Below, in pieces: positions 6,087-6,088 of a DNA stretch of 6,088 bases. This DNA comes from an uncultured archaeon (GTDB taxonomy: Archaea; Asgardarchaeota; Lokiarchaeia; Sigyniarchaeales; Promethearchaeaceae): NCBI GenBank assembly GCA_964426185.1, contig CAYRPF010000087.1, positions 1 to 6,088 of the forward strand, given 5' to 3'. A program made the position numbers and the translations under genes. Below the pieces are notes generated by a model. The model was not told the DNA's origin, made no database searches, and saw only the letters and a program-made list of their open reading frames with translations. How positions within the stretch are numbered: position 1 is the first letter of the stretch; each line of letters opens with the position of its first letter.

Positions 6087-6088
6087 CG

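Overview
AT-rich prokaryotic window, very probably from an Asgard archaeon (Lokiarchaeia/Promethearchaeota). That assignment rests on a Loki-CTERM-type sorting signal, an eL13-like domain, TATA-type promoters and oligo-T terminators. Gene order: three closely spaced + strand genes (5'-truncated membrane M28 metallopeptidase, CTP-dependent polyprenol/diacylglycerol kinase of the SEC59/DGK1/VTE5 family, GH13 alpha-glucosidase); a convergent DUF89/ARMT1-like phosphatase on the - strand; a divergently transcribed 231-aa basic protein; and the 3' end of a - strand surface-protein gene that the ORF track missed. The most interesting element is the 231-aa protein (5088..5783). It joins a divergent ribosomal eL13-like N-terminal domain, a Lys/Thr/Pro/Ala linker with a lysine at every fourth position, and a C-terminal predicted winged helix whose pattern recalls the linker histone H1/H5 globular domain. 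It is a candidate RNA/DNA-bridging or chromatin protein; this function is inference. All family calls come from motif recognition by eye and no searches were run.
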